Assembly: GCA_951406725.2 (NCBI GenBank) | Contig: OX597819.1 | Location: 105,152,001 to 105,216,000, forward strand | Direction: 5' to 3' | DNA: 64,000 nt | Origin: Octopus vulgaris | Lineage: Eukaryota | Shown: positions 13,561-26,293 of the stretch, piece by piece | How the letters are laid out: each line of letters starts with the position of its first letter | How positions within the stretch are numbered: position 1 is the first letter of the stretch | Program-made: the position numbers and the translations under genes | The notes under the pieces: generated by a model | What the model was told of the DNA's origin: nothing | What the model saw: the letters and a program-made list of their open reading frames with translations, nothing else | Database searches by the model: none

Positions 13561-13873
13561 TATTTAATTAACATGAAGTTTCAGAAAATACTAGTCTGCT
13601 CTCTCTCTCTCTCTCTCTCTCTTCATCTCTCTCCCTCTCTCTTTTTGTTTGCTTCTCTCTTTCTCTCACATACATAAAACATACACACATACCTTTTGAA
13701 CTCATGGATTGTAAGTAAATCTGTTTTATTCTCATGATAAATACATTGATTATTAAGAAAGGAAAAAAAGTAGGTATAGGGAGTGTTAGAGAAGGAGAGA
13801 GAGAGAGAGAGATGAGAAGGTCAGGTTACTAAGAATAAAGAACTCAGTGTGAGTGACAATAAATTTAACATAT

Positions 13874-14265
13874 CTTTTACTTATTTCAGTCATTAGACAG
13901 TGGCCATGCTGAGGCACCACCTTGAAGAATTTTTAGTCAAATGAATCAACCCAGTTCTTATGTTTTTAAGCTTGGTACTTATACTATTAAACTCCTTTGC
14001 CAAACTGCTAGGTTATAGAGATGTAAAGAAGCCAGTACCAGTTGTCAAGCGGTGGTAAGGGACAAACACATACACACATACTCGCGCACAAACACACAAT
14101 GAGCTTCTTTCTGTTTCTGTCTACCAAATCCACTCACAAGGCTTTGGTTGACCTGAAGCTATTGAAGAAGACACTTGCCCAAGGTGCTACACAGTGGAAT
14201 TGAACTCAGGAACCATGTGTGTGGTTGGGAAGCAAATTTCTCACCACACAGCCACACCTGCACCT
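13874..14265 (-). mobile_element. CORE-type SINE with tail A
   Basis: Full-length homology to 5111-5487. Confidence 0.85.
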
Positions 14266-14764
14266 AATTCTAACAAAATTCATGTTTCACCAATGACTAT
14301 CAAGGACTGCTCAACAGCCATCATCATTATCATTATCATGGCATATGTATTTTTTTTTACTTGTTCTATCATAGACAATATATACATGTGTGTGTGTGTG
14401 TGTGTTAGTATCAGTATAAAGTATCAGCCCAATATTAAGGTTAGTTCTTCTCTCCCTTTCTCTTTCTCTGTTCCAATCTACCTGCCTAGCTATCTACCAT
14501 CCTCCCTCCGACCCTACTTGGGTTGTACCTGTCTGTAATTCAAAGACTTGTCTTATATGTTAGTGCTGATTCAACCTGAAAATTGTATTAAGGGTGCACA
14601 CATCTTTGGAATACTCAGCCACATATGTTAAATTCATAAGTAGGAGTTTAATTGATTGAATAACTGAATGCTCATTGTCAAGATTAGCAGAGAATCAACC
14701 AGATTTTCCCATTTTCTTACACTTTAGGTTTTCCTGTAAATATTGTCACAATATGTTGAGATGC

Positions 14765-15437
14765 ATGCATGGCTGTGTGGTAAGAAGTTTGCTTCTCAAC
14801 CTCATGGTTTTAGGTTCAGTTCCACTGCATGGCATCATGGTCAAGTGTTTTCTACTATAGCCTGGACTAAACAAAACCTTCTGAGTAGATTTAAGGATTT
14901 CATAGATGGAAACTGAAAGAGGCTTGTCATGTGTGTATGTGTGTGTATTAGCAGAAATGTTAGCACGCTGGGCAAAATGCTTAGCGGTATTTTGTCTGCC
15001 GTTACATTCTGAGTTCAAACTCTGCCGAGGTCAACTTTGCCTTTCATCCTTTCTGGGTTGATAAATTAAGTACCAGTTACACACTGGGGTCATTGTAATC
15101 GACTTAATCCCTTTGTCTGTCCTTGTTTGTCCCCCCTATGTCTAGCCCCTTGTGGGCAATAAAGAAATAAAAAAATATATATATATATACACGTGTGTTA
15201 CTGTTTCCTTGGCTTGCTATAATGTGATAATTGCAGATGAATGTAACAATCATGCAAGTAGTGTCCTTCATTGAAACATGTCTGTGAAACATGTCTGGTC
15301 ATGGGGAAATAATACTTTGCTTGGAAATGAGTGAGGGCTGGCTATAGGAAGAGCATGTGTCCTTGAAAATCTGCTGCAACAAATTCTGCCTAAGCTATTC
15401 AAGTATGGAAAAGTGAACATTAGAATGATGATGATGT
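14765..15437 (+). mobile_element. CORE-type SINE with RTE-like tail B; a Meta-SINE (14948-15172) is nested in its linker
   Basis: Head at 14765-14930, then the Meta core, then a tail ending gtatggaaaagtgaacattagaatgatgatg. Confidence 0.8.
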
Positions 15438-15886
15438 TGATAGCTTTTACATATAAATCTTTTGTAGCACTTTAGAATAGGATATTCATGAGCTATGGTC
15501 CTTTTGACTTGCAGCTCATTACAGTAGCCAGTTGTAACATGGTAGGCTTGAGTGTGTATCTTTGGTACTGATTTTGTACTGGTTTTACTGCCAACACTTT
15601 CTTGCAGTCCTTTTAAAACCTTCCATGAAAAATTTATTGCATTTTTGCATATATCTCTTTTCTTTACTTGAGAAGATAAAGCTTTCATCTTTTGTTTATC
15701 GCAGATATTATGTCTTTTATATATCTATATGTCTATATATATAATATTAATGCTATTGACAGTTGTCATTTCTCTGTGTAACTGCAGGTGAGTGAAAACT
15801 GTTAAATTGCTTTTACAGTATTTCACTGCCTGCTATATTCAAAGAAAGGTTGGAACAGTAACTGAAATTGTTGTTTAGCTCTAGGC

Positions 15887-16087
15887 CAGTGCTTTTCAAA
15901 CTTTTTGCTGGAGCGGAACCCCAAGGAAACATTCCACTGGCTCAAGGAACCCCTGTGCAATAATTTAATAGTCTTATGCACACATATCTGCACAGGAGAA
16001 TTAAAAATTACTGCCGATTTTAGCAGTTTTGTAACTTCTTGTGGAACCCCTGGACTGTACTGGCGGAACCCTGGTTGAAAACCACTG
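15887..16087. mobile_element. hAT (Charlie-like) MITE, 201 bp
   Basis: Terminal inverted repeats (TIRs) CAGTGCTTTTCAAAC / GGTTGAAAACCACTG match 13/15; perfect 8-bp TSD ctctaggc at 15879-15886 and 16088-16095. Confidence 0.92.
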
Positions 16088-16250
16088 CTCTAGGCCAACA
16101 CTGATTTGAGCAAAATCTTTCCAGCCAAGAATGTCCCAATTTTTTTCCAGGTTAATATATAGAAAGCTACATTATGCATTGTGACTTTACTTCTTTAAGA
16201 TGGTAGAGTGGTGTTTGAGGGAGATTAAGCTGGTATTTCTAACAGTTTGT

Positions 16251-16652
16251 AGGTGCAGGCATAACTGTGCGGCAAGAAGTCTGCTTCTCTGCCATATGGT
16301 TTTGGATTCGGTTGCATTGGGCAAAGGTCTTCTGCTATAGCCCCAGGTTTACCAAAGCCTTATGTGTAGATTTGGTTGAGAGAAAATGAAACAAGGCCCA
16401 TTGTATGTATAGTTGTGTGTGTGTGTGTGTGTGTGTGAATGTCCCCTTGCTTTGACATCACTTTATAGTTGCATACATCATCATGGCACAAGTGATGCCC
16501 TTCATATCCATTAGCAAATAATATATTACTTAGAAACAGATGAGAGTTTGTCATGGAAAGGGCATCCAGATGTAGAAAATCTGCCACAACAAATTCCATC
16601 CTGTGTGAATATAGAAAGGAGGATGCTAAATCAATGATGCTCAATGATGATG
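16251..16652 (+). mobile_element. CORE-type SINE with tail B
   Basis: Head, (GT)n linker, then a tail containing gaaagggcatccagatgtagaaaatctgcc. Confidence 0.75.
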
Positions 16653-17124
16653 AACATTCACTTAGAGGATTCCTTGTAACTAAAGTGGTTTGCATTATTT
16701 TTTGTAGTTTTTATGAGAAAGTTGTAGGAAAGCCTTCTGGGCTTAATGCAGTGTTGAGGTTAGTTAGTTTTCAATTGCAGCTATTACATCAGTTTGATGC
16801 CAATAATATAATTGATGGTTGCTGTTTTTCTATGCACTGTTGAAAAACTCCAATAGCACAGTTGTTTGAATACAGCTTAGATTGACCAATACTGTGTATG
16901 TGAAATTTGTTAGACAGAAACTGTAGAGAAGTCCTTTGTTTGTCTGTGTGTGTGTGATGATTGTCAACAAGCAGTCATTTTGCAGTCTTATGTTGGTGAA
17001 GGTTGGTGACCAGAAGAACATCTCACTGTAGAAAATCTGCTTGAACAAATTTTGTTTAACCCATACAGTATGGAAAAGTGGACATTAACAGTGATGAAGA
17101 ATATATATCATCATCATCATTTAA

Positions 17125-17343
17125 CCCTTTAGTGTTTGCATTATTCTACCCAAATTAATGCTTTTTTATCCACATTGTTTTGAACTAATCATGCATTATC
17201 TTGTAACTGAGAATTTGATGAGGAAGCTGTTAATTTTTAAAACAACATTGTAAGGTTGGTGTGAGAGACCAGATCTGGCCAGTTTGAACATAAAACAGGC
17301 AGAATACTTTTGGCCGGATATGGCCGGTTTAAATGCTAAAGGG
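17125..17343. mobile_element. piggyBac-type MITE inserted into an RTE-tail element
   Basis: TTAA|CCCTTTAGTGTTT...AAATGCTAAAGGG|TTAA; the host catcatcatttaa/tgtc...atgctag is continuous across the insertion. Confidence 0.9.
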
Positions 17344-17584
17344 TTAATGTCTGTTGTCTATGCTAGTTTGGGTTTGACAGTGTAACCAGAGCTGGCGAGC
17401 TGTGTGTGCGTGGGGTGGATGGGGTGGGGGCCGCACGAAGCTCCAGTCTGGTTTGGCCTGGTTTTTACAGCTGGATACCTTTCCTAATACCAACCATTTT
17501 ACAGAGTGTGCTGGATGCTTTTACATGGTGCTGCAATATAAAATGAAACAAATATAGGCATGAAGATATCTAGTTATGATCATT

Positions 17585-18105
17585 CTCTTTTACTCTTTTA
17601 CTTGTTTCAGTCATTTGACTGCGGCCATGCTGGAGCGCTGCCTTTAGTCACCCAAATCGATCCCAGGACTTATTCTTTGGAAGCCTAGTACTTATTCTAT
17701 CGGTCTCTTTTTCCGAACCGCTAAGTTACGGGGACATAAACACACCACCATTGGTTGTCAAGCGATGTTGTGGGGACAAACATACACACACACACACACA
17801 CACACACATCATCATCATCATCATCATCGTTAAACGTCCGTTTTCCGTGCTTGCACGGGTTGGACGGTTCGACCGGGGTCTGGGAAGCCAGGAGGCTGCA
17901 CCAGGCTCCAGTCTGATCTGGCAGTGTTTCTACAGCTGGATGCCCTTCCTAACGCCAACCACTCCGTGAGCGTAGTGGGTGCTTTTTACGTGCCACCGGC
18001 ACAGGTGCCAGGGGAGTCTGGCAGCAACCACGATCGGATGATGCTTTTTACGTGCCACCGGCACGGAAGCCAGTCAAGGCGGCGCTGGCATCGGTGCGGC
18101 GCTGA
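17585..18105 (-). mobile_element. SINE tail A (17585-17805) abutting a young RTE 3'-UTR element (17806-18105)
   Basis: Near-consensus copies; the (CAT)n tail sits in the SINE (CA)n linker. Confidence 0.85.
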
Positions 18106-19159
18106 GTAACATATAATATAGTTATATCTCATTATATCTCATTTAACATGCTGGAACATGTACAAACAATGATTATGCAAATTCATGTGATATTAAAAGG
18201 AAACCCGAACCTGTCATTTCACTGTGATTTTTAAATAGCTAAGTACATGTATGTTTATGTATACATGTGTAAGTATGTGTGCTTGCATTGCATGTTTGTC
18301 TCCACGTATTTTTGCTTTGACACTGTTTGGGCAGTGGTTACAAAGTTTACTTCTCACATAAGCAAAATATCTGGCAGCTCAGCAGTTTGTGCAAAGATGT
18401 TGCATGTGTCTTTACTTGGAAACAAGTTGATATCAAGAATGACACCTGATAATGCTTGTGTAACACATGTTAGTATGAAAATGCAGGTGTTGAAACAGTG
18501 ATTAATGATATAAGGACCTGCTGTGAGTGAATCAACTCCTTCAAGCAATGATCCTGTTTTAATAATGCACCAAAGCATTCCTTTTGCAAATCTGTATGAT
18601 GCTGTTTTATTGTTTTCAGTTTGTAGGAACTGACATGTTTAACATATTCCCACTCTATCCCACCACAACCATCATCATCTTCATAATTTTTCTGTCCCTT
18701 GATTTAATATTTCTTTGAACTTTGACCTTTCTAACAACATATTAAATGAATGTTGCTTGCATTGTTCACATAAATTCCTTCATCTTTATTCTTTTATTAA
18801 TGTCAGTCATTAATTAGACTGTGATTTTGAAGGGTCATCACCATCAAAAGTTTAGTCAATCACACTGACACACCGCCACCTACTGATTTTATTGCTCTCT
18901 ATTACACCTAGAACTATCACCTGCTGGGCAATCATGCTACCTATTGATTATAGTGTCATTGTTTTGCTTAGAAAAAAAATTGTAATAATCTCAAACTGTA
19001 GTTGTTTTACTTAATTTCAGCAAACTTTCTAGAAATTGAGGTTTGAGAGAGTTTAATTACTTAAAAAAAAATTTTTTTTAAATAGATCTTAAGATTCAGG
19101 GGCCTTGGTATCCTACATCTTCAGTTCTACTATGTTTGAGTAATATATATATATATATT

Positions 19160-19365
19160 TTTACATGCGGGTGGCACGTAAAAATCACCCACTACACTCA
19201 CGGAGTGGTTGGCGTTAGGAAGGGCATCCAGCCGTAGAAACACTGCCAGATCTGACTGGGCCTGATGAAGCCTTCCAGCTTCACAGACCCCAGTTGAACC
19301 GTCCAACCCATGCTAGCATGGAAAACGGACGCTAAATGATGATGATGATGATGATGATGATGATA
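19160..19365 (+). mobile_element. RTE 3'-end element
   Basis: Nearly identical to 52880-53070, ending in (GAT)n. Confidence 0.88.
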
Positions 19366-21148
19366 TATATTTTCATATTGGTTGAATGTATGTAGCAAAG
19401 TCTCTTAGATGGAGTATTTTTACTCTAACTACAGATATCTGCAGTTTAAAAGTTTAATTTTTGTTAGATCAGTGGAGGCATCTATAAGGTGGTCATCCTG
19501 AGGTTGTTATTCTCTGTGGTCCTGTTCAGTATCGCTCTAACTTCATGTCAGTGCATGTAATTTCATGTTTTATTCTTTTCTTTTACTTGTTTCAGTAATG
19601 TGACTGTGGCCATGCTGGAGCACCGTCTTTGTCACGTCAGCACATGTTCTAAATAAATACTGTACTATTCTGTGCTAATTTAAAAAAAGAAATGTGATTG
19701 TTGCTAGGTTTGCCCTTTTGAGGGATTAAATTCCTTTTAAGTTATTTTACTTAGAGCTCCTGTCCCAGGCATTCCATTATTGTTATTTTGAACCATGGCA
19801 TTCATGGAATTACTGAAGCATACTTGTTCACAGAATGAGCCTTTACAACCCAACCTATCTTTGACAGGGCTTGGAGTAATCGTGGCAGTGTTTCATTATC
19901 TTATGCGTTTGCTATATCTGTAATCATATTTTAGATAGTATCTGTAAAGTGATTGAAGCTCTGTGGCTTCTATTATTGATTTAAGTTCTCTTTGACCTTT
20001 TTCTTGCTGGTTCTAGTGGTGGTGGTGGTGGCCGTTGTTTGATTGTTATTAATGTTATCCCTTATGGCAGCATTGATTTCCCTTTTGTTATTGGTGAATT
20101 TCTTTAAAACTATTTTCTTCTCTGTTTTCTCTATTTTTGTCATTGTCATTAGTAAGGGTGGAGGTAGTAGTGTTTGTATTGTTAGCTTCTTTGTTGACAT
20201 CATCATCTTTCTTTGAGGTGGCATTGTCACTGTGATCTATCTATATGTGTATTTACTGAATTTATATTAGTGGTTGCTGTAGTGACAATACCAGTCAGTA
20301 TTTTGATCATGGTAGTTTCTCATAATATCATCCAATATCCAGTATATGGCTTAGCCATAACATATATGACCAACAAAATTTGTTTTCTTTCTTTGAATCT
20401 ATTCTATGGAGCTTTGATATCCATAGGTCTTCAGGGCATCTCCTAAGTTTGTAAGCAGCAGATTGCTCTGAAATAGCTTATGCCTGGAGAAACAAATACA
20501 GTTTCTCAATTTGCCAGCTTTGTTTCATTGGTTAAAAGAAAAAAAAAATTTACTTTTCTATTGGAAAACACATGCAAAGAAAATGAGCTGATATTAAGGA
20601 TGGCTGGAGAAAGAAGCAAGGGGAAATTTTGCTTTTCAAATGAGAGGAAGAAAAAGGGGAAAAGTAGTTTTTCTATGCAGAAGTGGGAGAAAAGACAACA
20701 AAAGTAAGACCGTGCTGATATGTGGATTTAAAGAGTCAAGTGCTATTATGCAAAAGTTTTGCAGTAATTAAGTACTATTATTAACATTACAATTACTATA
20801 CTTAGTTATAATTTTATTTTGTCATTTAAGGTTTTTATGTGTTTACTTAAAAGAATAGAAAAAATAAATTATCTTTTGAAATTCTGACTCAAAAACTTTT
20901 AAGGTCTCTTGAAAATAAAAATAAAACAAACAAACAAAACTTCTCAGAAAATGTTTAAATGCAGCTGTTAGTGTATATAGAAGTAACATCAGGCCATCAG
21001 CAAGGTTTTATTGTATATGTTTTAGTATGATTTAGTATGATGGAAATTTATTGCGGAAAATAGATATTGTTGTTTGTTACATAGAGAAGAAAGATAAGCT
21101 CAACTTTGCTGAATGTCTTTTATTTATTAATTGCATATATATGGGTTT

Positions 21149-21197
<49 letters not shown>

Positions 21198-21234
21198 TGC
21201 CTGTCTGTGTGTCTGTCTGTTTCTGCATATATCA

Positions 21235-21632
21235 TCATCATTATCATCTAGCATCCGCTTTTCTATGCTTGCATGGGTCAGATGAAATTTATCTAGGTAG
21301 TTTTTCTACAGCCAGGTGCCCTTCCTGTCACCAACTCTCACCTGTTTCCAAGCAAAATAATATTTCCCATGGCCAGGCATGTTTTTCTCGGAAAACTGGG
21401 AACAATGCCAATTTGATGGTGATTCTTGTTTACAACCACCCTATGATGTCACGACAAGAATACACAATAACACACACGATCGGCTTCTTTCAGTTTCCAT
21501 CTACCAAATCCATTCACAAGGCTTTGGTCAGTTTGAAGCTGAAGTAGAAGGCATTTGCCCAAGGTACCATGCAGTGGGACTGAACCTGAGACTATCTGGT
21601 TAGGAAGCAAGCTTCTTAACCACACAACATCC
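21235..21632 (-). mobile_element. CORE-type SINE with tail B
   Basis: Head directly joined to the RTE-like tail. Similar copies at about 3545-4010, 28495-28897, 38060-38495 and 45938-46347 (-) and 53808-54240 (+). Confidence 0.8.
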
Positions 21633-23775
21633 ATATTACTTGTTGAGTCTAGAGGGAGAGGCAGAGGCTATGATCCTTGCAGGCCTTCTGAGGGTCTAAT
21701 GCTGTTAACATTCTGTTTAAACTGTTGCCAGTGAACACTTGCAGAAAAGGCATGCACATGCAAGAGATTCCAAAGGGTCCTTGACGTTCTGGGGAGGAAG
21801 GTCTGGCATGATGGTTAGTGTGGGCCTATGGGTAGATGATTGTGGTTGCAGGAGAGGAGTAAATGTTAAATTGGGTTTATTATTTTAAAATCAGTTTAAG
21901 AATGATCACTGGACATATGCTGACGGGTCAGCTCAGTAATGACTGCTGAGTGAAATGTATTATAAATTTTATATCAATTGAGACTTTCAAGTTTTGTCTA
22001 AGATCTTATTCACTCAATCTGGTTTAATGAGCCATTAGTGGGTGAAACTTCAAGATCCGATGAACATAAAATTTATAATATATAGGGTTGTGTGCGCGTG
22101 TCTATATGTCACTTTATAACTTCTGCTGATGCTATGTGGCTATGTGCTAAGACACTTGCTTTCCACCCACATGACTCCAGGTTCAGTCTCTCTGCATGGC
22201 ACCTTGGGCAAGTGTTTTCTACTATAGCCTTGGGCCGACTAAAGCCTTGTGAGTGGATTTGATAGACAGAAACTGAAAGAAGCTTGTTTTATATATATAT
22301 ATATATATATAAATATATACATCTTAATAATACCAAAACACTAGAGATATTTGTGTGTACCCAAAATATCTCAGAAATAGTATATTTTATTTAAATTTTT
22401 TTGCATATTTATTTTCAGACTTACCTTCAGCAGTGCAGTACAAATTTTTGTAGTATTTTGTAGTAAAATGAAAACAATCAATTTTTGTTTATTTCTTGAC
22501 GAAAAAAATACATGGCTTCCATGATGTCAACACACACATATAATGAATGTCATGGCTGTCAATCAACACAAACCCGCATCCGCTATCTATGACATATACA
22601 CACACATAGACTTCGTGTTGTCTTAGAAAAAAAAAACTTCAACTTTTTGACGTACACAATATTTTAATTGTTTAGAAATATTTTTAACTGAATGTGATTT
22701 CAAAAATGCAAGTTGTTTCTACAGTAAATATTTATATTTTAGCTTTCTTTAAACAGACAATATTTTAATGTTTTTTTAAAATTATTTTCAAGTGAATGGT
22801 GATCTTTTGCTTGTCATCTGGAGTTCATTAATTTCTGTAAAAATTTTTTATTTATTTTCTTTTATTTTAAAGTGAAAGATGTATGTACGTGTATATGAAA
22901 TAGATGTGTGTGTGTTGAGTGAAAGAGAGAGTGAGTGAAGGGGTGTGTTGTCATGTATATGTACATACATCAATACATATGCGTATGTCTTTTTTGTATG
23001 TATGTGTGCGTATGTGTCAGAGAGAGTGTGTGAGTGACCATGTTCTCATGTATGTGTAAGTGACATTTTTTCTTTCTTTCTCTCTCTCTCTCTATCTCTC
23101 TCACAAACACACATGTCCAGGCATTTTTCACTTTCTCTTCTCTTTCACATTAAAACAAAATTAAAGAATTAAAGAATTTTTGTGGAAGTTAACGAACAAA
23201 ATCAGCTAACCCAGATGACATTCCTGAGAGTCAAAGGGACAGTTCTGAGAGTTAAAGCGAAAGATCACCCTAAGGGAATACTATTACAAAAATTTTTGGG
23301 GGTGCATTCAGCGTATCTCATTGCTAAAGATTTGGCTGCTATTTCTAGCATGCCTTCTACCATGTAACAGCTATTTACGATAAAGGACCCAAAATACCTG
23401 TTGCATAGGGTGTGTAAGAAATAGTAGCTAAATCTTTCCTTTTCTGGGGAAAGGAGCTGTTTACACGTGATTTGGATGTCGCATTCGTTGAAAGCATGTG
23501 AAATAACCTGGAAAAGAAAAAAAAAACCCATGAAACAAAACTCTGTTGCTGGGAAACTCAGACTTTCCAGGTGACTCGATGAGTCAATTAATGATCTTAT
23601 CAGTGGCCAGCAAGTAATAGATAATTATAATTAAGGGTATTGAGAAACAGCTCTTACATGCTAGAGATAGACATCAAATGACTCTAAAAACTACTTCAAA
23701 TTACACTCCATGAGTACAAGGTTGAAAGCAAGGAAATGAATAAAAGAGATTTAGTAAAAATATTTTTTTGAGGTT

Positions 23776-23837
23776 TATTCTCGATCATCCGATTTCTGGT
23801 TGAGTAATACAATTACTTTAGCGTCATCAGTAGAATA
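23776..23837 (-). ncRNA. Type I hammerhead ribozyme with complete catalytic core, family 3
   Basis: UAUUCUA-CUGAUGA-cgcuaaAGUAAU-ugu-AUUACUcaacca-GAAA-UC-ggau-GA-UC^GAGAAUA. Confidence 0.68.
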
Positions 23838-23889
23838 TACCAAAAGTATATAAATGTAAATATATACACATACCCATACAAATACATGC

Positions 23890-23922
<33 letters not shown>

Positions 23923-24008
23923 ATAAATATTAGGGAATAAATCCAAATTTACAGGGAAAAAATCAGATTTAGGATTAAATCCAATTTTATAGTAAAATAT
24001 TATATAAT

Positions 24009-24150
24009 ATTAATTAGAGACAAAACCACTATTTTGTAAAACAAACAAGGAAACAATTGTAGTGGCGTTTTTTTTAACTTTTTATTAAAATTTTATGTAT
24101 TGATTAAGTCTTTCCTTGTTTGTTTTACAAAATAGTGGTTTTGTCTCTAA

Positions 24151-24155
<5 letters not shown>
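24009..24155. repeat. Perfect 45-bp inverted repeat with 57-bp spacer, in a TA tract
   Basis: 24009-24053 is the exact reverse complement of 24111-24155. Confidence 0.92.
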
Positions 24156-24185
<30 letters not shown>

Positions 24186-24188
<3 letters not shown>

Positions 24189-24795
24189 TCTTCATCATCG
24201 TTTAACATCCGCTTTCCATGCTAGCATGGTTGAACAATTTGACTGAGGACTGCTGAACCACATGGCTGCACCAGGCTCCAATTTGATCTGGCAGAGTTTC
24301 TACAGCTGGATGCCCTTCCTAATGCCAACCACTCTGTGTGTGTAGTGGGTGCTTTTACATGCCATGTTTTTACATGTGCCAGCAGCACAAGTGCCAGTAA
24401 GGCGCGCTGGTAATGACGATGCTTGAATGGTGCTTTTTACGTGCTACTGGCATGGGAGCCAGTTTGCTGCTCTGGCAACGATCATGCTCGGATGGTGCTC
24501 TTAGTGCTCCACTAGCATGGATGCCAATCATCGAATTTGATTTCAATTTCACTTGCCTCAACAGGTCTTCGCAAGCAGAGTTTAGTGTCCAATGAAAGAA
24601 AGGCACACATAAGTGGGCTGGTTACATCCCTGATATAGGCCACCGGGTTATGGTCTCACTTAGCTTGCTGGGTCTTCTCATGTACTGCATATTTCCAAAG
24701 GTCTCGGTCACTAGTCATTGCCTCGGTGAGGCCTAATTTTCGAAGGTTGTGCTTCGCCACCTCATCCGAGGTCTTCCTGCATCTACCCCTTCCAT
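24186..24795 (-). mobile_element. RTE LINE 3' end
   Basis: GRGRCRKTSDEVAKHNLRKLGLTEAMTSDRDLWKYAV followed by the 3' UTR and (GAT)n tail. Confidence 0.88.
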
Positions 24796-25255
24796 TATGT
24801 TTGTTTAGATCCCAGCAGTGGAAGTTCCAAATGCATATAAATGCTAAACCACAATAGATAGCCCCAGGAAACACTTTATTGCATCAGTTACAAATTACAG
24901 ATAACTAGTAACTTCTTACAATAAAGTGTTCCCTGAAGGTCTGTTGTGGTTGAGCAGCTATATGCACTTGCAACTTTCATTGCTGGGCTCCAAAGAACCA
25001 TAATGGTGAAATGTGTGTAAGAATTTTAATATAAGCTTATGTTTATTCTTATTTTACCTATGCATATATTGAGGCACAAGCATGTGTTTAAGAAATGCCC
25101 TTTGCAACCCAAGGATTCTGGGTTTGATCCCACAGCATAGTACCTTTGGCAAAATATCTTCCACAGTAACATTGTGCTGATCAGTACCTTGAGAGTGGAA
25201 GTTTAAGCAGAGGGAAACTGTCTCTTTTAAATGAATAATTCTTTAATATAATGCA

Positions 25256-25315
<60 letters not shown>

Positions 25316-26293
25316 TGCATAATGCCAGAGGCACTGTTCTTTGTCCTTTTCAGTATCTTCTATAAGAAGGGTGAAGGGGTCTGATGTTGAAAGACCTGAA
25401 ACTGTCTAAGAGCCCAGAAACATCATTGATGATGCATTCCAGAGCATCTGTGAGATGTATCTAGAAACTACATTTAAGGTTTGGAAATAATATGGAGTAG
25501 TCATGGCTGGATTACTCTTTGATCCTAAGTTTGCTAACTTGGCACAAAACACCACCACCAACAACTGATAAAAGATTTCTTAAAAGAAAGTTTAGTAAAT
25601 GAAGTCAACAAAACCAAGCCCATGGAAATAATGATGCTGTGGCCTGAATGTGTATGTAATGTTCACTATAAAATTTTATATATGGGAAGAATTTGCCTGC
25701 CATACTTGTTATTTTGTGTTAATGAAGTGAGTAGGTGATTAGTACCTACATTCATAAATGGATTGAGGTATAATCTATGAAAAAAAAAAAGGGGGTTTGA
25801 CCCTGACATTAACAGTTGTAGTATTGTACTAGAAATTTTCTCTTAGAGTATTTCAGCCTTTTTTGTGCTGTACCAGTCATTATATTTCAGAGTGACCATG
25901 CTCCTGGATAGGTTGCCTTTGCCGCAGTCATAGAAACCACATCTTTTTGAAGGTAGCTCTTTGTATTAGAATAAGAGTAGATTAACAGTTTTGTAAAGCT
26001 ACAAGGCAGTTGGTTTGTGAATGAGGCAGCATTTTAGCTGTGAGGCGATATTGGAAATGGTAATGGTAGTGTTTGTGAAAGTGACAGAGATGAAGTATCA
26101 GAAGCAGTAATGGTTTTGATGGTTGTAGGGATGATGATGGTGGTAGAAGTGGTGGTAGTGGTACTAATACTAATTGATGCAGTGTTGTTGGGAGATGATA
26201 ATTATGGTAGTAATGGTGGTGGTTGATGATAATTGTGATAGTAGTGGTGGCAATGTCGATATTGATGCTAATGTGTATATTTCTATTTACCAG

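Noticed and set aside
15763-15787. Possible 25-nt micro-exon (ttgacag|...CAG|gtgagt)
   Set aside because: Weak pyrimidine tract, frame-shifting length and no GALNT similarity
22322-23615. Possible Helitron with an a|TC start after (TA)n
   Set aside because: No convincing 3' hairpin plus CTRR terminus, so the boundaries cannot be supported
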